The translations under genes and the position numbers were made by a program. From Leptolyngbyaceae cyanobacterium (GTDB taxonomy: Bacteria; Cyanobacteriota; Cyanobacteriia; Phormidesmidales; Phormidesmidaceae), in assembly GCA_965263355.1 (NCBI GenBank), contig CBDHHL010000049.1, positions 1-64,000 on the forward strand: 64,000 nt of DNA. Reading direction: 5' to 3'. Below the pieces are notes generated by a model. It did no database searches, had not been told where the DNA came from, and saw nothing but the letters and a program-made list of their open reading frames with translations. Positions 27,272-37,218 of the stretch are shown here, one piece after another; the first letter of the stretch is position 1, and each line of letters opens with the position of its first letter.

Positions 27272-29113
27272 TTACCCTGTGTCAGGTAGATCCTGCAGGT
27301 AAGATAGCCACTTTTGGCGTTGCTCAGGGGTAAGATGAGCGAGGGACGATGTGGAGAACTTTACTTGTAATTCTTGGCCTATCTGTCTTGGTCCCCAATT
27401 TAGTCGATGTAGTTGCTCGACTATTTCTACAATTGTCGATAGCGATCGCAATTGCTCCTCAGCCAGTGCCATATCCAACAGCTCAGCACATAATTCCGGT
27501 GGCTGTTGCCGCAGCCATGCCAGCGCCTCCGCCATCAAAATCGGGTCTTCTAAGGTTAGCCAATAGGCCATTTGCTGCAGGTGTGCTGCCCTAGACTCCT
27601 GGGCTAGCATCTCCTCAGCGTTTACAACAGCTTGAGTCGCGGACAAATCGACCGTTGTCTGAGCCGTTGACAGCATCTCCCGAATACGCTGAATCTCATT
27701 ATGGTGAGGGTTACCACCCGCCTGCTCAGTTGCAACAGCTTTTAGATCGCCAGAAGCCTTGATTTCACTATTATTACCATCTATATCTTGTAATAAGCTT
27801 GTGGGGCTGTGACAGTTTGGCGCGTCAGCATGGCCAAACTGTCCAGTTTCATTATTAAGTTGGGGGGTCTGGGGGGTTTTTGGCTGTGATTTGGCCTGTG
27901 GATGCCATAGCTCTTTGTATCGATATAGCGAACCTCCCCCGATACTAAATTTTCTGAGGGCATTGAATCTCGCGGTTGCCTGTTTGGGCAGTTCATTTTT
28001 ATCTGAGAGTGCTTTAAGTGCAGCTTGAATTTTATCTTTGGTCTTTTGGCTCTGTTTTTGATTCCAACTGAGTTCAGTGTTTTCAGTGTCTGGTTTTTCT
28101 TTCTTAGGCTTGTACTTACCAAATTGTTCTCCATAGTGAAAGTAGTGACTTTTTTCAATGCAGCTGACCCACTCTGAAACCCGTTCTTCTATTTCATGTT
28201 GGTGGCGACACCATAGGTCATACCCAGGGAGTGCCTTGGCAACAGAAACTACTTCTTTAATTAATTTGTCACCTTTAAGTGGGTCGCCGCCGTATATCAC
28301 ATGGTGAAACACATAGGTACGCATGGTAATCCGACCCAGTAATCGATTTGTTTGGCCGTGGTCGGTCCAGCCTTGTTCAATCTCTGCATTGAGATCATTT
28401 AGAAACTTGTCAGCCTTATTTGAGAGACGATAGCTCCGTCGTTTTTTTTCCTTAATGATTTGCTGGAGTGTCGCCTGATTCAGGGAGTTACGTTCCTGGC
28501 ACTGTGCCCATTGAGCAAGAAATGTCGTCTGGTCAGTCCAGCTTGGCTGTAGATCCTCATTTAGTAAATAGGACCCACGTTGTAGTGGTAGCCGGTGAGC
28601 GTTAAATAAATTGGGCGTACTTTCAATGGTGTAAAGCCTTGCATTAGGAAAAACTTCCAGTTGACCTGGGGTAACCTTAAATCCTTGACTTTCTAAAAGT
28701 AATGTAATGCCGCTGCCTACTTCCCAGGCTGTGAGCAACTCTGTAAACGGAAAGTATAAATGTAATCCCTGGCTGTCGGATGAGGTGCAGATGATTGATG
28801 AGACCAGATCTAATGGCTCTAATGCCTCAGTCAGTTTTTGAAATGCGGTGGGATCTCGTCTGGGATGGTATGCACTACCAATATCTATATCGATCATGGC
28901 GTACTGGGTTTTTTGCCCAAACCGCACACCATATAAATACGCACCTTGCTTAATCAACCGGTCTGATAATGGATGGCGACTTTCTGTTTGCCATTGAGGA
29001 TGCTTACCCGGTTCTGGATGTCGGGCATAAATGTAATCGTGCCGATGGGGAAATAAATCCAGAAACGCGTTGTTTTCTGAAACATATTCAAAGTTTAGGG
29101 AGGCGGCTACAAT
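27272..29113 (-). CDS. Plasmid replication protein with primase-polymerase-like N-terminal domain (probable non-canonical ATT start)
   Basis: MIDID and SSDSQGLHLYF motifs fit the DxD and SxxGxH signatures of archaeo-eukaryotic primase-type Rep proteins; lies next to iterons; frame stays open 52 codons upstream of the TTG at 28957. Confidence 0.75.
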   Translation of the reverse strand: MVAASLNFEYVSENNAFLDLFPHRHDYIYARHPEPGKHPQWQTESRHPLSDRLIKQGAYLYGVRFGQKTQYAMIDIDIGSAYHPRRDPTAFQKLTEALEPLDLVSSIICTSSDSQGLHLYFPFTELLTAWEVGSGITLLLESQGFKVTPGQLEVFPNARLYTIESTPNLFNAHRLPLQRGSYLLNEDLQPSWTDQTTFLAQWAQCQERNSLNQATLQQIIKEKKRRSYRLSNKADKFLNDLNAEIEQGWTDHGQTNRLLGRITMRTYVFHHVIYGGDPLKGDKLIKEVVSVAKALPGYDLWCRHQHEIEERVSEWVSCIEKSHYFHYGEQFGKYKPKKEKPDTENTELSWNQKQSQKTKDKIQAALKALSDKNELPKQATARFNALRKFSIGGGSLYRYKELWHPQAKSQPKTPQTPQLNNETGQFGHADAPNCHSPTSLLQDIDGNNSEIKASGDLKAVATEQAGGNPHHNEIQRIREMLSTAQTTVDLSATQAVVNAEEMLAQESRAAHLQQMAYWLTLEDPILMAEALAWLRQQPPELCAELLDMALAEEQLRSLSTIVEIVEQLHRLNWGPRQIGQELQVKFSTSSLAHLTPEQRQKWLSYLQDLPDTG

Positions 29114-29119
29114 ACGGCA

Positions 29120-29284
29120 CCTCCCTTCCTATTTAATCCACCAAAAATTGTCAGCTCTGGTAAATCAGTACCAGAGTTGTTAGGATTTATAGGCATAAAA
29201 AAACGACCCACGTTGTGGGAACTTTTGATAGCACCAAGCTCTTAGCGGACCGGCAAGAAAGCGAAGGGCTGGTGCTTTTGCTTT
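29120..29284 (+). ncRNA. Putative antisense (counter-transcribed) RNA of the rep leader
   Basis: TACAAT at 29108-29113; stems 29152-29179 and 29230-29276 contain G-U pairs only on the plus strand; the last is followed by TTTGCTTT. Confidence 0.45.
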
Positions 29285-29374
29285 GGTCTAGAAGCTGATG
29301 AGTAGTTCATCTGTTTCTAAGCACCTGAGAGATTAACACTAGTTTGGGGTGTTCTCAAGTCCCCATAAGCCTTA

Positions 29375-29666
29375 ATACGGCAAAGTTATAGCGCACTCAT
29401 ACGGCAAAGTTATAGGCAAAATCTGACGCTAAAGGTATAGGTCCCAGGCTTGTTTATACGGCAAAGTTATAGGCAAAATCTGACGCTAAAGGTATAGGCA
29501 TTGGTGCCAGGCTAATTTGCAGGCGTTATATTTATACGGCAAAGTTATAGGCAAAATCTGACGCTAAAGGTATAGGCCCCAGGCTTGTTTATACGGCAAA
29601 GTTATAGGCAAAATCTGACGCTAAAGGTATAGGCCATTGAGCTAAAAACATACGGCAAAGTTATAG
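29375..29666. repeat. Iteron array, probable plasmid replication origin
   Basis: Six ATACGGCAAAGTTATAG (29375, 29399, 29456, 29534, 29591, 29650) and four related TGACGCTAAAGGTATAG (29424, 29481, 29559, 29616). Confidence 0.88.
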
Positions 29667-29697
29667 GGTTTAAGAACTGGAAAAAGCCCTCTATCAT

Positions 29698-30828
29698 GTG
29701 GCTGATGTTTTTCTAATGGTGGCGCTCTTGTCGGTAACTAAGGATGCTGCAAAAGATACGACCTTTCCAGTCGATGGGCAGCTTTTGCGGGTCCTTCCTC
29801 GGGCAGGGGCCTCATTGCGAAATCCCGATGTAAACTTGCCCACGCTTCGAACGGATGGTGAAAATTACTATCTAGAGATACGGGTGGAGGCAGACCCCGA
29901 TGAAGCTAGTGAAGTTGCGGTTACCCGTCGCATTCCTATCGAAGATCTGTCTGGGGAAGAATGGGAAGAACTTAAGGACCAATATGACAATCTGGATTTA
30001 GAGAGCTATTTAGGGGAAGGCATTAAGGGCCTAGAAAAAATTCAGGATCGGCGGATGCAACGCTTAATTGCAGCCTTGCTCACCTTCCTAAATCCTCGGC
30101 AGGTTTCTATTGTGCTTTATCTCTATCGCGCTGCCGCCCAAGAGGGGAATTGTCCAGGGGTGAGTTTTCGCTCGAACGATTTGCTGGAGGCCATGGGCTA
30201 TAAGCGCACTAGGGATGGTGGTTTTCCTGCTAAGTTGCGATCGCAACTCCACTGTGATTTGATGGCCCTCCATCGCACGGAGTTAGTCTTTGCCCAGTCC
30301 TTGCCCAAGGGCGATAGTCTGGGGGCCAAAGTCACCATCAAAAACGTATTGCGGATCAAAGAATTTGAAGTGGACAATGTGCCCCGAGACTTTGACCCAG
30401 ATAAAGCCGCTGACTACACCTACGAGCTAGCCGATGCCTACACAGTCTCGTTAGAATTTTTTGAAGGACCTGCCCGTACAGGAGACTATGTACTCTTTGC
30501 CAACAGTCTTGACATGACACAGCGGTTAGGGGGGAGTGCTAAACACAATTACAAAACCAAGTTGCTGGTTTACTTGGCCAGCCGTCTGAAATGGGATTCT
30601 CCAGAGGATGGCCAGTACTTGACCATCTCCAAGCGGTATCTCTTTAAGAATTTAGATCTTTTAGGCAGCAATTCTTCTCGTAACAATCAGCTATTTTGGC
30701 GCACTGTTGAAGAGTTACGTACAGATGGTTATTTAATCGGAGCGCAAGAACTACCCGGTAAACGTAAAAATGCCCTGATCCAGTTTCAAATCAATGCCGA
30801 TAAGATTACCGCGTCCGCTAAAAAATAA
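29698..30828 (+). CDS. Hypothetical protein, candidate iteron-binding replication initiator
   Basis: Long ORF directly after the iterons; VSFRSNDLLEAMGY and LTISKRYLFKNLDL segments look like tandem winged helices. Start may be ATG 29716. Function inferred from position. Confidence 0.65.
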   Translation: MADVFLMVALLSVTKDAAKDTTFPVDGQLLRVLPRAGASLRNPDVNLPTLRTDGENYYLEIRVEADPDEASEVAVTRRIPIEDLSGEEWEELKDQYDNLDLESYLGEGIKGLEKIQDRRMQRLIAALLTFLNPRQVSIVLYLYRAAAQEGNCPGVSFRSNDLLEAMGYKRTRDGGFPAKLRSQLHCDLMALHRTELVFAQSLPKGDSLGAKVTIKNVLRIKEFEVDNVPRDFDPDKAADYTYELADAYTVSLEFFEGPARTGDYVLFANSLDMTQRLGGSAKHNYKTKLLVYLASRLKWDSPEDGQYLTISKRYLFKNLDLLGSNSSRNNQLFWRTVEELRTDGYLIGAQELPGKRKNALIQFQINADKITASAKK

Positions 30829-30971
30829 GCCTTATGTACGGTTGCCACTCATTACTCTATTCACGACGCATCGGTCATAAACCACCAAAATATAGTCATC
30901 TCAATCGAGAATCACTGTAAACAATCATGCAGTTAGTTGGCTTTCCTAGAAAAGATTGGTACAATTGACCT

Positions 30972-31433
30972 ATGAAGATATACCAGCTTAAAGAACATGT
31001 TCTATCGCAGTGGCAGTCTCTCCACAGTTGGTGTGGTCAGTTGACCTCGCCATTGGAGCAATTTGGTCTGGATATCCGTAAGCAATTTGGTGACCGTCGC
31101 TACAAAGCTACTTGGGTAAAAGCGTTGGCCTATTATCAGGCCCAGCGTATTTACGAGTCTTGTATTGATAGCACCCTTTTAATTACCCATACGCTCAATT
31201 TTTCTCCGCAAGATCGTCTATACGCTTATCGAAATGAGATTCTAGATGCATTTCTTCAGTATGAAGATGGTCTAGAGCTAATTAAGCAGGGGCTAGAAAA
31301 TCTTTATTTCGATGGGTTTACTGCACAGGATAACGAAAGTGCCCATGGGATTCTTAAACTTTTGGAAGCAAGAGAAGGCCTTGACACAAGGTCAGGACAA
31401 CGAGACGAACCAAGAGTCCTCTCAGCAGCTTGA
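30972..31433 (+). CDS. Hypothetical protein
   Basis: 153-aa ATG ORF co-oriented within the replicon backbone. Confidence 0.65.
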   Translation: MKIYQLKEHVLSQWQSLHSWCGQLTSPLEQFGLDIRKQFGDRRYKATWVKALAYYQAQRIYESCIDSTLLITHTLNFSPQDRLYAYRNEILDAFLQYEDGLELIKQGLENLYFDGFTAQDNESAHGILKLLEAREGLDTRSGQRDEPRVLSAA

Positions 31434-31809
31434 TCTGTTTCGCAAAGGTGCGCTAGCCAATCGCGAGCGGTCTACGGGGGTGACAATTTTTCGTAAGTTT
31501 ACCGATTCGATCAAGGCCAATGGTGGTGATGCCGATGCCATCATCGACTCAATTACCGTGGAAACAGAAGAACTATTTGGCTGTACTGTGCGAGAGCTAT
31601 ATCAGGCAACGGGGGGTAACAAGAATGATCGCAGCACCCTACCGGAAATTGTGCAACGGTCTTACATCGCTAACGAAGCTCTTTCCTCTTTTGAGCTAGA
31701 GCGGATGGAGGGTACCATTGGCGGCGAAGACCAACAAGAAAATAATGAGAATATTGTTGGCACCGTGAGAGATGTGAGTAAAAAGACCCGCAAGTGGTTG
31801 CCTTGGTAG
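31312..31809 (+). CDS. Hypothetical protein
   Basis: 165-aa ORF (start may be ATG 31345) overlapping the previous gene; globular composition, ends KWLPW. Confidence 0.65.
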   Translation: MGLLHRITKVPMGFLNFWKQEKALTQGQDNETNQESSQQLDLFRKGALANRERSTGVTIFRKFTDSIKANGGDADAIIDSITVETEELFGCTVRELYQATGGNKNDRSTLPEIVQRSYIANEALSSFELERMEGTIGGEDQQENNENIVGTVRDVSKKTRKWLPW

Positions 31810-32226
31810 TAAAGTTTCAGGGGATGGATCTGTCTCTGCAAAGTCAGCCTAAATGTTGACACAGAGCAGCCAAACGGTACTAGAGCAACATCTGTTGGGC
31901 CAGTCTTTTGCAGCGACTAGATGTCTAATGACGACAATCATGAAACTGCCATACAGATTATTCCAGCCCACATTCCGCCATTAAATTGGCACATCGGATA
32001 ATTAATAACGAAGCCAATGGATCACAGCCTCTAAAGAGACATGAATTCTCAATAAAACCTAACTATTGAGAATGATCTAGAAATAGTTCAAATGAGTTAT
32101 CTAGGTACTCAAAGTCTCTATGGAAAAAGCTTTCAGATTTAATATGTGATTGTGACAGTTGAGAGTGTGGAATGTCGGATATAAGCCATTATTAGCCAAT
32201 ACATATGGCTTTGAAACGAGTCTGCC

Positions 32227-32246
32227 AAGTGCAGACGTCTGCACTT
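32227..32246. promoter_or_regulatory. Palindrome AAGTGCAGACGTCTGCACTT upstream of parA (candidate parS/operator)
   Basis: Perfect 20-bp palindrome, repeated downstream of the operon. Confidence 0.7.
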
Positions 32247-32335
32247 AATTGCACAGATTCACAATTTTTTGATCCAAAATAGCAATACTGATGTATCCTA
32301 TCCGGTGTACAGTTGTGCAACTGTGAGCTAGAACT

Positions 32336-33172
32336 ATGATTATCGCGATCGCAGCAATTAAAGGAGGCGTTGGCAAAACAACCATCACGTTCTGTCTAGC
32401 TGCCACATTGGCCCACATGGGTAAACGAGTTTTGTGTATTGATTTAGACCATCAGGGTGATCTGTCCTCAGCCATGGGAGCTGAGCGTGATGCTTCGGTC
32501 CCGGATATTGGTCAAATTCTTTATGCCCCCAAGCGAGAGCAAGCAGATCTAATGGCTCAAGGGATTGTCGATGTTCAGGGCTGGTGTCATCTGATTACCC
32601 CTGGCATGGATCTCGGGGGATACCAAACAGAGATTGAAAAAGGTCTATCTAGTGAGAATCGTCTCAGGGATGCCTTAGCTCAGTTTAATAGCGTCTACGA
32701 AAACTACGACTATGTTTTGTTAGACACCCCTAAGGGGGAAGGTCTTTTTACTAAAAATGCATTAGTTGCCTGTGATGAAGTGTTAGTGCCTGTGCAAACT
32801 GAGTTCTTTGCACTGAAAAATATTCCAGAATTATTGAACTTGGTGAGTCAGATTGCCGATCGGGCCAATCCCGACTTACGAGTATCTACATTGGTGCCAA
32901 ACCGGATGAAGTCCACTAGCTTACACAAAAGTATCCACCAGCAAATTGTCGATTGGGATGTGCGTACCCATCTACCCCATCAATCAGAAGAGTCCTGGAC
33001 CTCTCCCCCCATTCGAGATTTAACCGTTTATTCAGAATTGTCTGCCCAAGGTGAGTCACTCTACTCCTATGGGGCAGTTAAAGAAGAGCATCGTCAGCCG
33101 TTTGTTGCGATCGCAAACCATCTAGAAACCCTAGGTAGTTCCCCTATTCGTGAGGTAGAAACCGTTGGCTAA
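32336..33172 (+). CDS. parA: ParA-family partition ATPase
   Basis: Deviant Walker A KGGVGKTT, VLCIDLDHQG, YDYVLLDTP, NALVACDEVLVPVQ. Confidence 0.93.
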   Translation: MIIAIAAIKGGVGKTTITFCLAATLAHMGKRVLCIDLDHQGDLSSAMGAERDASVPDIGQILYAPKREQADLMAQGIVDVQGWCHLITPGMDLGGYQTEIEKGLSSENRLRDALAQFNSVYENYDYVLLDTPKGEGLFTKNALVACDEVLVPVQTEFFALKNIPELLNLVSQIADRANPDLRVSTLVPNRMKSTSLHKSIHQQIVDWDVRTHLPHQSEESWTSPPIRDLTVYSELSAQGESLYSYGAVKEEHRQPFVAIANHLETLGSSPIREVETVG

Positions 33173-34088
33173 AAAGAATTTTTCTAGGGTGGCCACTGTT
33201 GCCGAGAAAGCTCCCCTACCCCGTAAGTTAGCAGTCGTTCCCAAACGTAAGCCAGATGAAATCGTCAATCTAGAACGCGTTGATCTGGCCGATCGTGAGA
33301 ATTGGTTGCGAGCATTGGACATCTGTCAAGCTAACGACGCTCAGCCCCTCAATAGCCTGTTGCATGAAATTGAGACCTATCAAGGCCAAATCGATCAGGC
33401 TTTACAAACTGCCCAGGCCCAAAGCACTATCTATGCCTATGCCATCGGTAGTCGCCTAGATGTGATTGAAGAGAAACACCTCTACAAAGAGAAAGACTAT
33501 GAAAACCTCACGGCCTTTATTAAAGGTGGAGAAGTAAAACGTCCCAATGGCAGCCCCATCACCACTCGTCAGGTATGGGCTTACCGTCGGGTGACCCGTG
33601 GCCTGAAAGAATTTTTGCAAATTGCAGAATCCATTCGCGATGGCAAGCCCTTATCGTCTGACTTACAAGGCCAGTTAGAAGACCTGGGACAGCAAGTTAA
33701 TAAAGATATTGTCGAGTCATTTTTAGACTCCTATGCCGATAGCATTGCTGGTGTTCTAGAGTTGGGGGTCTCGAAACTAGAGCAAGTTTATCGTCTGCCA
33801 GAACCTGTCGCTCTGACAGGGTTGCTAGCAGGGAAGCTTCCTTTAGAAGAAGACATTATCGAGGTTCATGAAGTATCGTTCTCTCAGTTGCGCAAAGCCA
33901 TTAGCACTCACGAGAAACAGCGCAAGTCTGGGGTGAAAAACAAAAATACCAGCAAGGTCACCAGGGCAGATCGGATGTTAGACAACCTGAATCGTACTGT
34001 GGAAGAGTTAGATGCGTTAGTCCTTTCAGATTTACAACTTCAAAGGTTGAGTGCGCTTAGGGATGCAATTGGAAGGATATTGTCTTAG
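33165..34088 (+). CDS. Hypothetical protein translationally coupled to parA (candidate centromere-binding protein)
   Basis: TTG start after GAGG overlapping the parA end; basic N-terminal arm; helical body. Confidence 0.75.
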   Translation: MAKKNFSRVATVAEKAPLPRKLAVVPKRKPDEIVNLERVDLADRENWLRALDICQANDAQPLNSLLHEIETYQGQIDQALQTAQAQSTIYAYAIGSRLDVIEEKHLYKEKDYENLTAFIKGGEVKRPNGSPITTRQVWAYRRVTRGLKEFLQIAESIRDGKPLSSDLQGQLEDLGQQVNKDIVESFLDSYADSIAGVLELGVSKLEQVYRLPEPVALTGLLAGKLPLEEDIIEVHEVSFSQLRKAISTHEKQRKSGVKNKNTSKVTRADRMLDNLNRTVEELDALVLSDLQLQRLSALRDAIGRILS

Positions 34089-34182
34089 AAAGACTATTAG
34101 GGGTATTTCCTTATGAATGCCCTTAGATACCAGGCGCAATCAGTCAGAATTTCGTATGACATAGATTTTATGGATTCTTGTG

Positions 34183-34218
34183 AAAACGCCAAGTGCAGAC
34201 GTCTGCACTTGGCGTTTT
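34183..34218. promoter_or_regulatory. Perfect 36-bp palindrome containing the same 20-bp core (candidate parS)
   Basis: AAAACGCCAAGTGCAGACGTCTGCACTTGGCGTTTT. Confidence 0.7.
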
Positions 34219-34274
34219 GGTGTACCTAAGAAGTTAGGACTGGCGTAATTTCTAGAAGCGACCGATGTTTGTCC

Positions 34275-35774
34275 TTAATCGTTGTCGGCGTGCTCAAAGC
34301 GATAGACATAAAAGAGCTGTCGGAACTTTCTGAGTAATCCAGCAAAGATTGCCATTATACCTGCGCCACTTAGTAATCCCCAAAAGGCTAAGGGAGGGGT
34401 CGCCCATCCTGATTCAGTAGTGGGAGCCAGCACCATATGTGCCGCCATTGTTCGTGCATCCACCATCACCCCTGCAATCAGTAGACCAACGGTAGTAATA
34501 ATGGCAATTGTCGTTAGTTGATCAATCCGCTTTAAAGCTGTCTGGCAATAGCGACAATCTTTGGTGTGGGTAGACCATACATCAAATAATTTGTCCTTGT
34601 TATATTCTGGTGGTGGCAGTGAAGGGTCACAAGACTTATCCCAGGCCACACCACCACCGGCTCGATATTCTAGCCACTGCCGGAAGGTGATGATCATTTT
34701 GTCCTGGGGATTGGGGGTATAGACTTCATCGAGCCAGCGATTTCGTCCCCGTTGTCCCAGAGTCCGTTCTTGATAATGCAGAAATACCAGGTCTTGATGT
34801 AAAAAGAGAGACGCTAAAACATGGCCCAACCATTGGGGCATAGGGAGGGCAAAAAATCCTAACCCTGGTGGTGTGTTGCCTGCTTCATTTTTTACCAGAA
34901 TTTGACAGCCAATGTGGCGACACCAGCCTGGTCGGGTTGGTGTCGCATAAAGAACTAAAATTAACTGGCCCCCATCGGTAAAAGTGGTGGAGATTTTCAT
35001 TAAACAAGGGGGTTGAAAATCATGGGTTGCATCTGTAATTGCTGGTGAAGAGTTTGTTACACCAAAGGCAAATCCCTCTTGGGTAGAGACCTCTCTCAGT
35101 CGGGGCATATCGTAATACGTTGCATCGGTGTAGCGACTGCCCATAATGCCATGGTGGGAAACAGGCACATGGGCCGGATCGGCTACGTTTTCCATAAAAT
35201 AGTCCCAACCGTAGGGTAAATCTCGCTGATTCCAAAATAGCTTGATTACCTGATTTGAGGAGGTTTCTAACTCAGTAATCAGTCGGGGTGAGCGTTCTTG
35301 ACTGTGATTGAAGCCTGATTCTCCAGCTTCTGGCCATACCCATAGCAACCCCTGACGTTCTTGGGTAGGGTATGCGATCGCACAAGCTTGAGGACGATTA
35401 CAGTGGGTTTCTTCCGTAGTCTTGTCTTTAGATTGGGGAATGCCCAGACATTTCCCGTTGCTATCAAATTGCCAGGCATGATAGGCGCAGAGCAAGGTCC
35501 CATCAGCTTCCACACGACCTTCTGATAATGGAGCCAGCCTATGGGGGCAAGCATCTTCAAAACAGTTCCACTGTTGCTGCGCGTCTTGCCATATTACTAA
35601 AGCTTTTCCCAGCACTTGCAGTGCATGGGGGCGAGACGGATCGAGAGTTTCGACAACAGCGACTGGATACCACTGTTGAGTCCATTGAAATGTTTCCTTA
35701 GCTGCATCGATAGTGGTTTGATTAGCAGGAGAGTCTGACTCAACAGCAGGCACTAAGCTCGCATCGATAGTCAT
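34275..35774 (-). CDS. Rieske [2Fe-2S] oxygenase, pheophorbide a oxygenase/Tic55 family
   Basis: CPHRLAPLSEG...CAYHAW Rieske ligands, ENVADPAHVPVSHH mononuclear iron motif, C-terminal HTKDCRYC and two hydrophobic helices. Confidence 0.92.
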   Translation of the reverse strand: MTIDASLVPAVESDSPANQTTIDAAKETFQWTQQWYPVAVVETLDPSRPHALQVLGKALVIWQDAQQQWNCFEDACPHRLAPLSEGRVEADGTLLCAYHAWQFDSNGKCLGIPQSKDKTTEETHCNRPQACAIAYPTQERQGLLWVWPEAGESGFNHSQERSPRLITELETSSNQVIKLFWNQRDLPYGWDYFMENVADPAHVPVSHHGIMGSRYTDATYYDMPRLREVSTQEGFAFGVTNSSPAITDATHDFQPPCLMKISTTFTDGGQLILVLYATPTRPGWCRHIGCQILVKNEAGNTPPGLGFFALPMPQWLGHVLASLFLHQDLVFLHYQERTLGQRGRNRWLDEVYTPNPQDKMIITFRQWLEYRAGGGVAWDKSCDPSLPPPEYNKDKLFDVWSTHTKDCRYCQTALKRIDQLTTIAIITTVGLLIAGVMVDARTMAAHMVLAPTTESGWATPPLAFWGLLSGAGIMAIFAGLLRKFRQLFYVYRFEHADND

Positions 35775-36470
35775 GGAAGAAGATAGAGGTAGAGGGCAGG
35801 AAGTTTAGTGCAACCCATGAGTAAGTCGAAACCAACATGTAGTTGCTTGAATAGCGTATACAAAAGTTAATATAGCAACTGTTTCGATCCCTCACCTCAA
35901 GATAAAGAAAGTGCCCATGGGATTCTTGAAATTTTGGAAAGAAGAGAGAGCCAACTACGAGGAACAAGCCTTACAGTTGGACCTATCGGGGCACTCTCAG
36001 GCACTAATGCCTCAGCGTAAGCAGGTCGATGGCGCGATAGTCAATCGGCGGTAATCCATCAAGGCTAATGGAGGTGGGGCTAATGCTTCACCCTCTATTC
36101 TTTATACGAAGTACTGCCCTAGCTGTGCCCAGCATCAAAGAAAATTGGCAAGAGTACGGCTCATAACATCCTATAACTTGGAAATGAGTTACTACCCTTT
36201 TTCTGTCTTGTGTTGCTTTATATATTGTCGCATGTAGGCAACCAGCACCTCTTTCATATTTTCATCTCTGGCAGCACAAATAGATTTGAACTCACTGCGC
36301 AAGCTTCGAGGAATTCGTAGCTTCAGCTCGGCAATTTCTTCCTTTGGCTCCTTACTCACAGTCACTATGCTCCAAGGGACATACCTACCAATCGTCCCCT
36401 AAGGGTTAAATTACGTTTAGGGACATTAGTGGTCATAGTACCCCTAAGTGATATATTTAAGTAGATCCTC

Positions 36471-36848
36471 ATGAGCTGTCTTATGAGTCGTAATCCCTTG
36501 ATGTGTCTACCATTAGCAGGATTACTCATTTTGGGTGCCTGCACGTTAGAAAATACAGGTGGTGCGGCCAATGCTACCAAAGTTGGTTTTGACCCTTCAC
36601 TACCAGCAATTCCAGATACCAATGCTGAAGCTTACGGTCTAAGTGGAACTATGGGCGAGGCCGATTTACTTGCCCTTAGCTATCTTACCTGGCCTCAGAA
36701 TTACACTAGCATTAGCGATCGCTTTGGTTTTCCTGCACAACGAAGCGAAAGTACAGATTATTACAATATTTCTGGAAATCGTTGGGTTGCCATTTATTAC
36801 GATAGTGCTGGTAATGCGACTGGCTACAGCATTAGCGATAGTCAGTAG
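36471..36848 (+). CDS. Putative lipoprotein
   Basis: Hydrophobic stretch ending in lipobox LGAC. Confidence 0.65.
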   Translation: MSCLMSRNPLMCLPLAGLLILGACTLENTGGAANATKVGFDPSLPAIPDTNAEAYGLSGTMGEADLLALSYLTWPQNYTSISDRFGFPAQRSESTDYYNISGNRWVAIYYDSAGNATGYSISDSQ

Positions 36849-37218
36849 GAAGTAATCAGGCAGAGATTAGTACTACGTCAAAGCTAAAAATTCGGGTTGG
36901 TTACTGATAAAGGGTGAAGGGTAAAGAGTGACTCTTGACTCCATAGTTCCGAGGACATTGATGATGCTAGTACTTTTCCTCAATACAGACGAGGCACTTT
37001 GGATGCCTACTCACTGATTCTTTACACCCTCAATTTCACACCCAATCACCCCGATTACCGAATATCAATATCAAATTCTAAAAGCTGTTCATGACAATGA
37101 GAGATGCAGTCAAGTTTTTGCCGATGTAGTGATAGCTGAAACCGATGAATTCTTCAGCTGTGGTGTCAACGAACTTTACCAGGCAACTGGAGGTCAAGGA
37201 GCTATCGTCATATTGGTA

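Noticed and set aside
29375..29666. Possible CRISPR array
   Set aside because: Intervening sequences are short, variable in length and partly identical; location between rep-like genes fits iterons.
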